The notes under the pieces were generated by a model. It saw only the letters and a program-made list of their open reading frames with translations. It was not told where the DNA came from and made no database searches. A stretch of DNA of 61,613 nucleotides, filler included, from an uncultured Clostridia bacterium (GTDB taxonomy: Bacteria; CAYTYR01; UBA6262): NCBI GenBank assembly GCA_964441745.1. It is 5 parts of 5 records of this genome, joined end to end, with 100 filler letters (N's around TTAATTAATTAA, not from the genome) between each part and the next. Parts side by side here need not be neighbours in the genome. Positions count along the whole stretch, not along the records: positions 1 to 19,010 come from CAYTYR010000031.1; positions 19,111 to 35,644 come from CAYTYR010000032.1; 3 more parts are not named here. The stretch is one strand, 5' to 3'. Each line of letters starts with the position of its first letter. The stretch's first letter is position 1. The translations under genes and the position numbers were made by a program. This document shows, piece by piece, positions 17,601-25,845 of this stretch.

Positions 17601-17635
17601 AAGGCAACTTCATAGGTGAAGTTGCTTTTTATTTT
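17601..17635 (+). terminator. Intrinsic terminator hairpin
   Basis: GCAACTTCA-TAGG-TGAAGTTGC followed by TTTTTATTTT. Confidence 0.75.
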
Positions 17636-17653
17636 ATAGGTAAGGAATTAGAT

Positions 17654-18028
17654 ATGGATTACAAGCTTATTGCTCCATGCGGGATGAATTGCGGGATTTG
17701 TATAGCGCATCTGCGTAAAAACAATCCCTGCCCTGGCTGTAATTACCCTGATAAAAACAAGCCAAAGACGCGCACGCAATGCAAATTACTGCTTTGCGGC
17801 AAGCGGACAGGTAAATTCTGCTTCAATTGCTCTGAATTCCCCTGTGATCAGCTAAAGCGCCTGGATACCCGCTACCGGACGAAATATGGCATGAGCGAAA
17901 TTGAGAATTTGGAGTATATCAGGGATTATGGGATTAAGAAGTTCATAGAAGCAGAGAATAAGAAGTGGGTCTCGGGCAAAGGCATCCTTTGCGTTCACGA
18001 CAAGAAATATTATAAGGTTAATAAATGA
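17654..18028 (+). CDS. DUF3795-like Cys-rich protein
   Basis: IAPCGMNCGIC, CPGC, C..FCFNC.EFPC pattern. Confidence 0.8.
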   Translation: MDYKLIAPCGMNCGICIAHLRKNNPCPGCNYPDKNKPKTRTQCKLLLCGKRTGKFCFNCSEFPCDQLKRLDTRYRTKYGMSEIENLEYIRDYGIKKFIEAENKKWVSGKGILCVHDKKYYKVNK

Positions 18029-18266
18029 AACGCAAAGCGGAAATACAAATACCGAATGATAATACTAAGGGTTCTATTATCGGCATGGATGGCCGTAATA
18101 TTATAGCTTTACAACAAGAGTTGGGGGTAGAAGTTCTTATTGATAATACACCCAATAAGATATTTTTGTTAGCGGAAGATAGTAAACAATTGGCAACAGT
18201 TGGTAAGGATCAATAAGTTTACTCCAGAGGAAATCCAGAAGGCAAAGGAAGTCTGGGGAAAATGAG
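18025..18266 (+). pseudogene. Stand-alone RNase Y-type KH domain, apparently frameshifted near 18200
   Basis: IPNDNTKGSIIGMDGRNIIALQQELGVEVLIDNTP resembles RNase Y KH; LVRINKFTPEEIQKAKE continues in another frame. Confidence 0.55.
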
Positions 18267-18340
18267 TATCATGTCCACGGATTTTAAGAGGTTGCTTTCA
18301 CGATTCAGTGCCCCCGTTTTTTCTGTTGCTTCCTTTTTAT

Positions 18341-18445
18341 TATACCAAACAATATCAAATAAAAATTAATATATGTTAGGTATATTTATTGCTTGACAAA
18401 GGCTACCAAACATATTATTATATTATTAGAATAATGCTTGGTATA
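18341..18445 (+). promoter_or_regulatory. Promoter (TTGACA 18393-N17-TATTAT) with two inverted-repeat operators
   Basis: TATACCAAACA-N22-TGTTAGGTATA and GCTACCAAACA-N22-TGCTTGGTATA. Confidence 0.7.
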
Positions 18446-18459
18446 GGAAGGTGATCTGT

Positions 18460-18774
18460 ATGGGAGTGATAAGAGGCGTATTACAAGAAGAACTGGATAA
18501 TTCGCAAAAGATCGCAGCGAGATACCAGGAAGAAGTGGCTAAATTAAAAGGTGCTTTGGTTAAAAAAAAGGTAGGCAATAAGTATTATTATTATCTGGCT
18601 GTGAGGGATGGTAAGAAAGTACGGTTTATCTATAAAGGGGCAGCCTCAGAAGCAAAGAGGAAAGAATATGAAGAGAACAAAAAGAAACTCAGGCAATATA
18701 AAGTCTTGATTAAAAAGGCGAAAGAGCAGATAAAATTTCTTGGGAGAGCATTACGTGGAAAAGAAGCAGTATAG
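18460..18774 (+). CDS. Small basic coiled-coil/beta-hairpin protein, probable antitoxin/autoregulator
   Basis: KG.L..KK.G.K.YYYL..RDGKKV...Y.G motif; overlaps downstream NTase gene. Confidence 0.65.
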   Translation: MGVIRGVLQEELDNSQKIAARYQEEVAKLKGALVKKKVGNKYYYYLAVRDGKKVRFIYKGAASEAKRKEYEENKKKLRQYKVLIKKAKEQIKFLGRALRGKEAV

Positions 18775-18956
18775 TTTATGTATAGAGGTATTGAAAACAT
18801 TAAATAAGAGCGGTGCATTAAAACATTTGATATTAATAGGCAGTTGGTGTTCATATTTTTACGATCAATATTTTAAAGGCATGATTTACGAGCCAATCAT
18901 AAAGACAAGAGACCTGGATTTTTTGGTACCAGTCCCGGTAAAGCTAAAAGAAAAGA
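18755..18956 (+). pseudogene. Nucleotidyltransferase-fold protein (GSU2403-like), interrupted by an IS end
   Basis: ILIGSW and TRDLDF NTase motifs; frame runs into IS terminal repeat at 18957. Confidence 0.7.
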
Positions 18957-19010
18957 GGGTCATCTCCAAAGTGAGTGGATGAATAAATCTACTATATAGA
19001 CGGTAAAACG
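18957..19010 (+). mobile_element. IS end (variant A) at contig break
   Basis: 36 nt identical to the element end at 35592-35644; outer 17 nt differ at 7 positions. Confidence 0.75.
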
Positions 19011-19110
19011 NNNNNNNNNNNNNNNNNNNNNNNNNNNNNNNNNNNNNNNNNNNNTTAATTAATTAANNNNNNNNNNNNNNNNNNNNNNNNNNNNNNNNNN
19101 NNNNNNNNNN
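19011..19110. other. Artificial contig linker
   Basis: N44-TTAATTAATTAA-N44 (stops in all six frames). Confidence 0.98.
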
Positions 19111-19161
19111 GTGTATGCTTCCAAAACTGTCAGATTCATCCACTTGAAAAGGAGAAGAGCC
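19111..19161 (+). mobile_element. Opposite end of the same IS family (terminal IR 19134-19161)
   Basis: ATTCATCCACTTGAAAAGGAGAAGAGCC is a 27/28 reverse complement of 35592-35619. Confidence 0.8.
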
Positions 19162-19217
19162 TAAAAAATTAAGAGGAAAATCTTGATTTATACCGGGAGA
19201 GGGTATATATTATCACA

Positions 19218-19451
19218 ATGAGTATTCAATACGGGACCCAGCCGTTGGACACGATCATGACCGAGCTTGGTATTACCAATTCTGATCTGGCCCGGGCTTC
19301 GACCGAGCAATTAACCCACAAGATGGTGCAAAAAGGACGCAAGGGCCGGCGGCTCACCCTGCAGATCCGGCAGAAGCTTCTTAACGCGCTTAATAACGCG
19401 CAACAGGAGCACTTGTTTATGCTCCAGGATCTTTTTAATTATGGACCATAA
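19218..19451 (+). CDS. Small HTH-like protein
   Basis: QPLD.IM..LG.TN.DL..AS.EQLTHK.VQKGRKGRRLT; promoter 6 nt upstream. Confidence 0.65.
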   Translation: MSIQYGTQPLDTIMTELGITNSDLARASTEQLTHKMVQKGRKGRRLTLQIRQKLLNALNNAQQEHLFMLQDLFNYGP

Positions 19452-19466
19452 AAAGAAGGGTCAGAA

Positions 19467-19796
19467 ATGAAGACTATAGCCTTACTGGTAGTATCCAATA
19501 TCTTTATGACCTTTGCCTGGTATGGACATTTGAAATACAAAAATTCGCCGCTTTGGATCGTCATAGTGATCAGCTGGCTGATCGCTTTTTTCGAATATTG
19601 TTTCCAGGTCCCGGCTAATCGTATCGGCAGTTACCAGTATACCACTGCCCAGCTTAAAACTATCCAGGAAGTGATCACCCTGGTGGTATTTTCCATATTT
19701 TCGATCATCTATCTCAAGGAAGAATTCAAATGGAATTATGCCGTCGGTTTTTCCTTTATCATTGCCGCGGCATTTTTTATTTTTAAAAAATGGTAG
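19467..19796 (+). CDS. DMT-superfamily small membrane protein (DMT_6-like)
   Basis: SNIFMTFAWYGHLK, SWLIAFFEYCFQVPANRIG, QLK.IQEVITL. Confidence 0.88.
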   Translation: MKTIALLVVSNIFMTFAWYGHLKYKNSPLWIVIVISWLIAFFEYCFQVPANRIGSYQYTTAQLKTIQEVITLVVFSIFSIIYLKEEFKWNYAVGFSFIIAAAFFIFKKW

Positions 19797-19841
19797 CAGG
19801 ATCACAACGAAGAACAAAATAAAACTAAAGGGGGATTGGGC

Positions 19842-20075
19842 ATGGCTTATGACAGCAGTTTGGATCAGCAATTGTTTGTGAAGGAATTGGAAGGGGAAAA
19901 AAGCAAAATAATTATTAGCGTTTATTCCTATAATAACGGGCCCAGGAAACTACAGCTTTCCAGGTCAGTCAAGGATGAAAAAGGCAGTTTCTCATTCGCC
20001 AAGCTAGGCCGGTTAACAAAAGAAGAGCTGCAGGCTATCTTGCCGCTGATGCAGGAAGCTTTGGCCGCGATGTAA
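19842..20075 (+). CDS. Small hypothetical protein, possibly PC4-like
   Basis: SVYSYNNG.RKLQLSR...F.KLGRLT.EE beta-rich then helix. Confidence 0.6.
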   Translation: MAYDSSLDQQLFVKELEGEKSKIIISVYSYNNGPRKLQLSRSVKDEKGSFSFAKLGRLTKEELQAILPLMQEALAAM

Positions 20076-20086
20076 AAGGAAAGAAC

Positions 20087-20620
20087 ATGTTCAAAAAATA
20101 TTGTTTAGCCGCAATCTGTGCTGGATCGATAGTAGTGCTGTCAGGAGTTATGATGGGAGCAGCTAAAGACACAGGCAAGATAAGTATTTTTAATGCGCGT
20201 ACCGGGAAAGCGGAGCTGGTCGAAATAGTCAAGAAGACCGACGCTGAATGGAAAAAGATCCTGACCCCGGAACAATACCGGATCACCCGGCAAAAAGGCA
20301 CAGAACGGCCGGGATCAGGAAGTTGTTCCCTGCCCGGTCATGACGGGATCTATGCGTGCGTGGGCTGCGGAACAGCTCTTTTCGCGGTTAAGGCAAAATT
20401 TGAATCAGGCACCGGCTGGCCGAGTTTTTGGCAGCCAGTGTCGCCATTGAATATAAAAGAAATTATTGACCGCAGTCTGGGAATAGAGCGCATTGAAGTC
20501 ACCTGTGCCAGATGCGGGGCTCATTTAGGGCATGTCTTTGAAGATGGCCCGCCGCCGACAGGAAAACGATACTGCCTCAATGATGTGGCGCTGGTTTTTA
20601 AAGCAGGAAAAGGGGAATGA
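20087..20620 (+). CDS. msrB: Methionine-(R)-sulfoxide reductase with N-terminal signal/anchor
   Basis: GTERP, CVGC, KFESGTGWPSF, CARCGAHLGHVFEDGP, RYCLN. Confidence 0.93.
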   Translation: MFKKYCLAAICAGSIVVLSGVMMGAAKDTGKISIFNARTGKAELVEIVKKTDAEWKKILTPEQYRITRQKGTERPGSGSCSLPGHDGIYACVGCGTALFAVKAKFESGTGWPSFWQPVSPLNIKEIIDRSLGIERIEVTCARCGAHLGHVFEDGPPPTGKRYCLNDVALVFKAGKGE

Positions 20621-21847
20621 TTGCCTAAAACAACGATCACGGCCTGGTTAATAAAGGATCATGAACGGGTTATGAGGGAGATCATCCTACCGGAATTCAG
20701 AAAGGAATATCCGGAGATAGATGTCTTATTGACCACGACTTCCTGGGACTACTTGTGGGATAAGGTGATCCGTTTCCATAATAGGAAACAAGGACCGGAT
20801 GTATTCCAGATCGGCAATACCTTGAACGGCGTACTGGCTAAAATGGGGGCCATCAGGGATATAACTAAAATGGTTAATAGGTGCGGCGGCCTCAGGTCTT
20901 TTGTCCAGGCAGTTACGCCGCTCTGTGTTTATCCCGGGACCAGTATTATTCATTCCGTACCCTGGTATCTGGACATGCGTATCCTGTGCTACCGGGATAA
21001 TATTTTAAACGCCTTGAGTATCAATGAAAATGAATTGCTGACCATTAACGGTTTGATCAAGGTCTGCGGCAAAGTTCATAATTTTAAAGTGAATAATAAG
21101 GCCGTAGCCGCCTTTGGCGTCTTTGGCCAAAAGGATGCCATGCTGCTGCATAACCTGGCTCCCTGGATCTGGAATTTTGGCGGGGATTTTTTGAGTCCGG
21201 ATACGAAGGAAATCAGGTTCAACTCCGAAAGATCATTAAAAGGCATTAAAGCCTATTTTGATTTTATCAATACTTTCTGCTGCCATGAGACTGTTTTGCA
21301 GGATGCCAACGAGTTGTCTGACAATTTTATGGTCAAAGGTAATTGTTGTTTTGGCAATTTTGCCCCTACTGTCTATAATAAATACCTGGATCCGGCCAGC
21401 CCGGCGCGTACCCAGCTGGGACAGTATATTGACTGTATGGCTATGCCCGGTGGCCCTTATGGCCGACATACTTTCCTGGGCGGGAGTAACCTGGCTATTT
21501 CTTCCTATTCCCAGTATCCGGATGAAGCCTGGGTCTTCATTTCGTTCCTGTTACAGCAGAAGATCCAGGAATTATTTTCCCAACATACGCACCAACCGCC
21601 CAGCCTGGTCAAATGCTATACCCCAGGTTTTTTAATGAATAATAGCCTGAATAAGGCCTTAAGAGAATCGCTTAATTACGGCCGTTGCTTCCCGAATTTG
21701 GCTAACTGGGCTTTGCTCGAGGATATTTTAGTGGAAACCATTCATCATGTCTTAACCGCTATCAATGCCGGTTCATATAGTGAGGATTTACTGGTGGATA
21801 AGATCAATGCCGCCGCCGATAAAGCCAGGGAATTGCTGAGGAATTAA
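20621..21847 (+). CDS. Sugar-type solute-binding protein fold, no signal peptide
   Basis: F.KEYP.I.V, GPDVFQIG.T, VPWYLD.R.L.YR, FLGGSNLAI, EAW.FI.FL. Confidence 0.75.
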   Translation: MPKTTITAWLIKDHERVMREIILPEFRKEYPEIDVLLTTTSWDYLWDKVIRFHNRKQGPDVFQIGNTLNGVLAKMGAIRDITKMVNRCGGLRSFVQAVTPLCVYPGTSIIHSVPWYLDMRILCYRDNILNALSINENELLTINGLIKVCGKVHNFKVNNKAVAAFGVFGQKDAMLLHNLAPWIWNFGGDFLSPDTKEIRFNSERSLKGIKAYFDFINTFCCHETVLQDANELSDNFMVKGNCCFGNFAPTVYNKYLDPASPARTQLGQYIDCMAMPGGPYGRHTFLGGSNLAISSYSQYPDEAWVFISFLLQQKIQELFSQHTHQPPSLVKCYTPGFLMNNSLNKALRESLNYGRCFPNLANWALLEDILVETIHHVLTAINAGSYSEDLLVDKINAAADKARELLRN

Positions 21848-21879
21848 ATCCCCAACTAACTCTTAAAAAGGCGCTGATC

Positions 21880-22410
21880 ATGATCAACAAAGAAGAGATC
21901 GAAAAAATAAAAAAGGGAATACTCATCTTCCTGGGCTTGGTAATTTTATTTTACCTGCCGTCTATTCATACTTTTTTACAGGTGCATACCGGACGTAAAT
22001 TCAGGATTTACCTGGCAGAAAAGCCCCGCAGCTATCAAAATGCAAAAAATATGGCCTTGGCGGATTTTCAATTAGAGGAGACCCCGTTTATCCAGGAAAG
22101 AGATATCAAGGGGTATGATTTTGAAAATGCGATAATTTATTTTGACCCAGCCAGGAAAGTATTTGATTCTGTTGCCTATCTTAATTTGATCGGCCGGGTA
22201 TTTGTTGTCTGCCTGGGTAAGCAGCGGCTCTATCATGGCACATTATGGACGTATAAAATTGCTCATGGTACAGATACAATTATCGCTATACCTGACCGGC
22301 AGGGGATCAAAATTGAGCCTGGCTATTTCGGCATGGATCAGAAATTCAATGCGTTGATCCATAATGAAGAGATCAGGAAAAGATTTAGCGTTATCCAGAA
22401 ACTGCAGTGA
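21880..22410 (+). CDS. Hypothetical membrane-anchored protein
   Basis: N-terminal TM; F.V..G..R.Y.G..W and D/H..I...F.....L patterns. Confidence 0.6.
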   Translation: MINKEEIEKIKKGILIFLGLVILFYLPSIHTFLQVHTGRKFRIYLAEKPRSYQNAKNMALADFQLEETPFIQERDIKGYDFENAIIYFDPARKVFDSVAYLNLIGRVFVVCLGKQRLYHGTLWTYKIAHGTDTIIAIPDRQGIKIEPGYFGMDQKFNALIHNEEIRKRFSVIQKLQ

Positions 22411-22479
22411 AATAGTTGATTGTTCCCGCTCATAGAATGAGGCGGGCAGGAATTGAAAAAGCAAGAAACAGGTGGCCCG

Positions 22480-23082
22480 ATGAAATGGAAACTGCCGGTA
22501 ATCCTGCTAGTGAGCTATCTTATCTATTTTTGTATCCTGGGTATCCATCCCTACAGCCGGTCAGTCTGGTTTGTGGAGAATATGGCCATTGTCCCGATCG
22601 TGCTGTTCCTGGCTTTTACTTACCGCAAATTCCAGTTTTCCAATACCTCGTATATGATGATGAGTTTCCTTATTTTTATGCATACCTTGGGCGGGCATTT
22701 TACTTTCGAACGGGTGCCGTTTGCGTTGATCACTAACTGGTTTGGCTTTCAGCGCAATCATTATGACCGGATCGCGCATTTTACCGTAGGATTTTACGCT
22801 TTCCCGGTCGCCGAATATATCCAACGCCGGAAATTAGCAAATTCACTGATTTTGACCGTCTTATTCGGCGTATTTTCTATTTGCACGGTAGCTTTGCTCT
22901 ATGAATTATTTGAATGGGGATACGCGGTTTCCGCTGACCCGACTGCCGGGATCGCGGTGCTCGGCAGCCAGGGAGATATCTGGGACGCGCAAAAAGACAT
23001 GCTGGCAGATACACTGGGCGCTATCATCGCTGGTATTTTGTTCTTGATAACGCATCAACAGAGGGGAAAGGAAACAGGATGA
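22480..23082 (+). CDS. DUF2238/YjdF-like membrane protein
   Basis: W..EN, H..GGH.TF..VP, RNHYDR..HF, YE..EW, LG.QGDIWDAQKDM. Confidence 0.88.
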   Translation: MKWKLPVILLVSYLIYFCILGIHPYSRSVWFVENMAIVPIVLFLAFTYRKFQFSNTSYMMMSFLIFMHTLGGHFTFERVPFALITNWFGFQRNHYDRIAHFTVGFYAFPVAEYIQRRKLANSLILTVLFGVFSICTVALLYELFEWGYAVSADPTAGIAVLGSQGDIWDAQKDMLADTLGAIIAGILFLITHQQRGKETG

Positions 23083-23852
23083 GTGCAGATGAACGGGACC
23101 GGAAAATAGCAGAACTAGCTAAAACTATTGAAACTCTTAAATTTAGCCAGAACCAGCTGGCCCAAGCTGAAAAAATGAAAATAATCGATGAATTTGCCCA
23201 TGGGCTATCCCATGAAGTAAAAAATCCTTTAGCCATCATCCTGCAGGGAGTGGATTATCTCTCGACCAAGGTGGATACGGCTGATCCCAGCATCAGTTCG
23301 ACTATTGGCTATATGAAAGATGCGATCAAGCGCGCGGATAAAGTTATCGGTGATTTTTTGAATTTCTCCTGTATGTCCGCTTTAGAATTGGGACCAGTCG
23401 ATTTGACGGCTATTATCGATAATTCACTCGTGCTGGTGCGCCATCATCTGGAAGCGCACCGCATAGAAGTGACTAAAGAATATCAGCCAGGGCTGCCTCT
23501 GCTCCAGCTCGATCAGGACAAGATCACCCAGGTATTGGTAAACCTGATGCTAAACTCTATTCAGGCTATGTCTGATGGCGGACGGATAACCGTTAAGATC
23601 AGCCTGGAGCCAGGCCAATCACCGCCTAAACTGGTTAAACTGGAGCTTGAGGACACTGGCCAGGGCTTGGCCGAAGATGACTTAGTCCGGGCCTTTGATT
23701 TTTTCTTCACCACTAAACGCAGTAACGGCAATATCGGCCTGGGATTATCTACAGTTAAAACAATTATCGATATGCATGGCGGTGAAATCAAACTAGAGAA
23801 TAAAAAAGAAAATAATGGGGTCAAAATTACCATTATTCTCAAAGCGGATTAA
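23079..23852 (+). CDS. Cytoplasmic histidine kinase lacking a sensor domain
   Basis: H-box SHEVKNPL, N-box NLMLNS, DTGQG, FFTTK, GLGL. Confidence 0.88.
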   Translation: MSADERDRKIAELAKTIETLKFSQNQLAQAEKMKIIDEFAHGLSHEVKNPLAIILQGVDYLSTKVDTADPSISSTIGYMKDAIKRADKVIGDFLNFSCMSALELGPVDLTAIIDNSLVLVRHHLEAHRIEVTKEYQPGLPLLQLDQDKITQVLVNLMLNSIQAMSDGGRITVKISLEPGQSPPKLVKLELEDTGQGLAEDDLVRAFDFFFTTKRSNGNIGLGLSTVKTIIDMHGGEIKLENKKENNGVKITIILKAD

Positions 23853-23868
23853 GAGGAGGACAGTCACT

Positions 23869-24279
23869 ATGGCTAAAAGGACTATTTTGATCATTGATGA
23901 TGAGATCAGTTTTGCGGAGATGGTGAAATTAAATTTGGAAGATACCGATGATTACGAGATCAGGACCGAATATAAAGGAGCGGATGGCGTAAAAACCGCC
24001 CTGGAATTTAACCCGGACCTGATCCTGCTGGATATAATGCTGCCTGATAAAGACGGCTTTGACGTGCTCAAGGATCTCAAAGAGAATGAAAAGACTCAAC
24101 CCATACCAGTGATTATGCTGACCGCCTTAAAAAGCGACCCGGTAAAATTCAAGGCCGCTAACCTTTCGGCCGAAGAATTTATGGTGAAACCTGTTACTGT
24201 CAAAATGCTGGTGGAAAAAATAGAAGAAGTATTAGACCGTCGGATAGTGGAAAAAATGAAACGTGAAGAAAAAGCATAA
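23869..24279 (+). CDS. Single-domain response regulator
   Basis: ILIIDDE, PDLILLDIMLP, MLTA, KP; GGAGG RBS. Confidence 0.9.
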   Translation: MAKRTILIIDDEISFAEMVKLNLEDTDDYEIRTEYKGADGVKTALEFNPDLILLDIMLPDKDGFDVLKDLKENEKTQPIPVIMLTALKSDPVKFKAANLSAEEFMVKPVTVKMLVEKIEEVLDRRIVEKMKREEKA

Positions 24280-24296
24280 GCTAAAAAGGAGATATT

Positions 24297-25055
24297 ATGA
24301 ATAAGAAATATTTCGCCCTGGTAATGTTTTTAAGCTGTTGCCTTTTATCTGCCCTGTCTGGGATAGCTGGCGCTGAAGAAGCTGCCCTGGTTATTGATAA
24401 GCAGCCGATAGAGATGTGTGCTATCGAACCTTCAGGGAGCAATATAACCGGTAATGGTTATATCGCTTTTGAAGCCAAAAACGTAGACGCCCTGTATGAA
24501 CAGGTTAAAAGTATTATCACCAAGCATCAAGCCTTAGTCAAGAATTTTAATCTGAACAATAGTCCCGATATGAAATACAAGAACCTGACCCTGGAAGTAT
24601 CCCTGGATATAGCCACTGCTCCTTCTTTGATGAGTGAGCTCTCTGGCTTGAAAACAGTCAAAAATCAAAGCTATCATCAATATGCCCAGCCGGAAATTAA
24701 TATCCCGGCCCTCCAGCAGGAATTAGAAACCTATAATGATCGTTTAAATAAGGTTTTATCAGCAGCCAAAGCCGACGTTGAAGTGGTTAAATTACTGGTT
24801 AATAAGATCACGGAAACAGAAAATAGGATCAAGCCGCAAGAGATGAACCAGCCCATGCTTAATAAAGCCAGGATCAACATCACGATCATGCAAAAAGGAT
24901 ACCCGGCGAATTATGATCAGCGCCAGAAAAAAGATCTTTCCATAATATTGACTGTGATCATCGCCGGGATGGCGCTGGTTTTCTTTGTCCTGGGATTATT
25001 CTCCATAAAATTAATTACCAGGGTCAAGAAGAAAAAGACTGAGGGCGAGATTTAA
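24297..25055 (+). CDS. Exported protein with C-terminal TM (DUF4349-like)
   Basis: Signal peptide, coiled coil, C-terminal hydrophobic helix + basic tail. Confidence 0.55.
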   Translation: MNKKYFALVMFLSCCLLSALSGIAGAEEAALVIDKQPIEMCAIEPSGSNITGNGYIAFEAKNVDALYEQVKSIITKHQALVKNFNLNNSPDMKYKNLTLEVSLDIATAPSLMSELSGLKTVKNQSYHQYAQPEINIPALQQELETYNDRLNKVLSAAKADVEVVKLLVNKITETENRIKPQEMNQPMLNKARINITIMQKGYPANYDQRQKKDLSIILTVIIAGMALVFFVLGLFSIKLITRVKKKKTEGEI

Positions 25056-25057
25056 TA

Positions 25058-25804
25058 ATGAACGATATATTTTTTGAAATACATGCCGATAATTCCCGGG
25101 AAGGCCCGGGGGATTTTGCGTCTACTCAGAGGGCTTTCCTGGCGCTGAAAAACCTGCCGGGAAAACCGGCTATATTGGATATCGGCTGCGGTCCCGGCCA
25201 GCAGACCCTGGACTTGGCGCAGTTAACCAAAGGAAAGATCACGGCGGTTGATAATCACGCTCCCTTTCTTGAGCAGCTAAACAAGCAGATCATCAGACAA
25301 GACCTGCAAAAGAGAGTGCAAGCAATCAAGGGGGATATGACCAGCCTCAATTTTAAGCCCCAGTCTTTTGATCTAATCTGGTCAGAAGGGGCTATTTACA
25401 TTATTGGTTTTGAACAAGGCCTGGTATCCTGGAAAAAATTCTTGAAATCAAAGGGATATATCGCTGTTTCTGAACTGACCCGGCTCAAAGATAATCCGCC
25501 AGTGGAGGCCAAGAAATTCTGGGAAGGGGCCTATCCGGCGATGCGCGATATTTCCGGGAATTTGGCGATCATCGCCCGCGCTGGTTATTCCCTGGTTGAA
25601 CATTTTACTGTGCCGGAAAGCGCGTGGCTGCAAGAGTATTATCTCCCGCTGCAAACAAAAGTGGAAAAACTAAAAATAAAGTACCAGCAGGACCCGGCTG
25701 CTTTGAAAGTGCTGGCCGCAGAAGATTTTGAACGGGAGGCGTATCAGAAATATTCTGCTTACTATGGCTATGTTTTTTATATCATGAAGCAAACCAGTGG
25801 CTGA
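25058..25804 (+). CDS. Class I SAM-dependent methyltransferase
   Basis: R.GPG, LDIGCGPG, FDLIWSEGAIY, YGYVFYI. Confidence 0.9.
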   Translation: MNDIFFEIHADNSREGPGDFASTQRAFLALKNLPGKPAILDIGCGPGQQTLDLAQLTKGKITAVDNHAPFLEQLNKQIIRQDLQKRVQAIKGDMTSLNFKPQSFDLIWSEGAIYIIGFEQGLVSWKKFLKSKGYIAVSELTRLKDNPPVEAKKFWEGAYPAMRDISGNLAIIARAGYSLVEHFTVPESAWLQEYYLPLQTKVEKLKIKYQQDPAALKVLAAEDFEREAYQKYSAYYGYVFYIMKQTSG

Positions 25805-25845
25805 AATTGATAGTACTTTTGTATTAATATGTGGTATAATAATAA

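Noticed and set aside
19011-19110. TTAATTAATTAA palindromes inside N runs (four places)
   Set aside because: Artificial all-frame-stop contig linkers; ORF tails ending XXXLIN and any synteny across them are artefacts
18957-19161. Single IS spanning the first gap
   Set aside because: Flanks do not form a TSD (AGAAAAGA vs TAAAAAAT), outer IRs differ and the NTase gene does not resume after 19161
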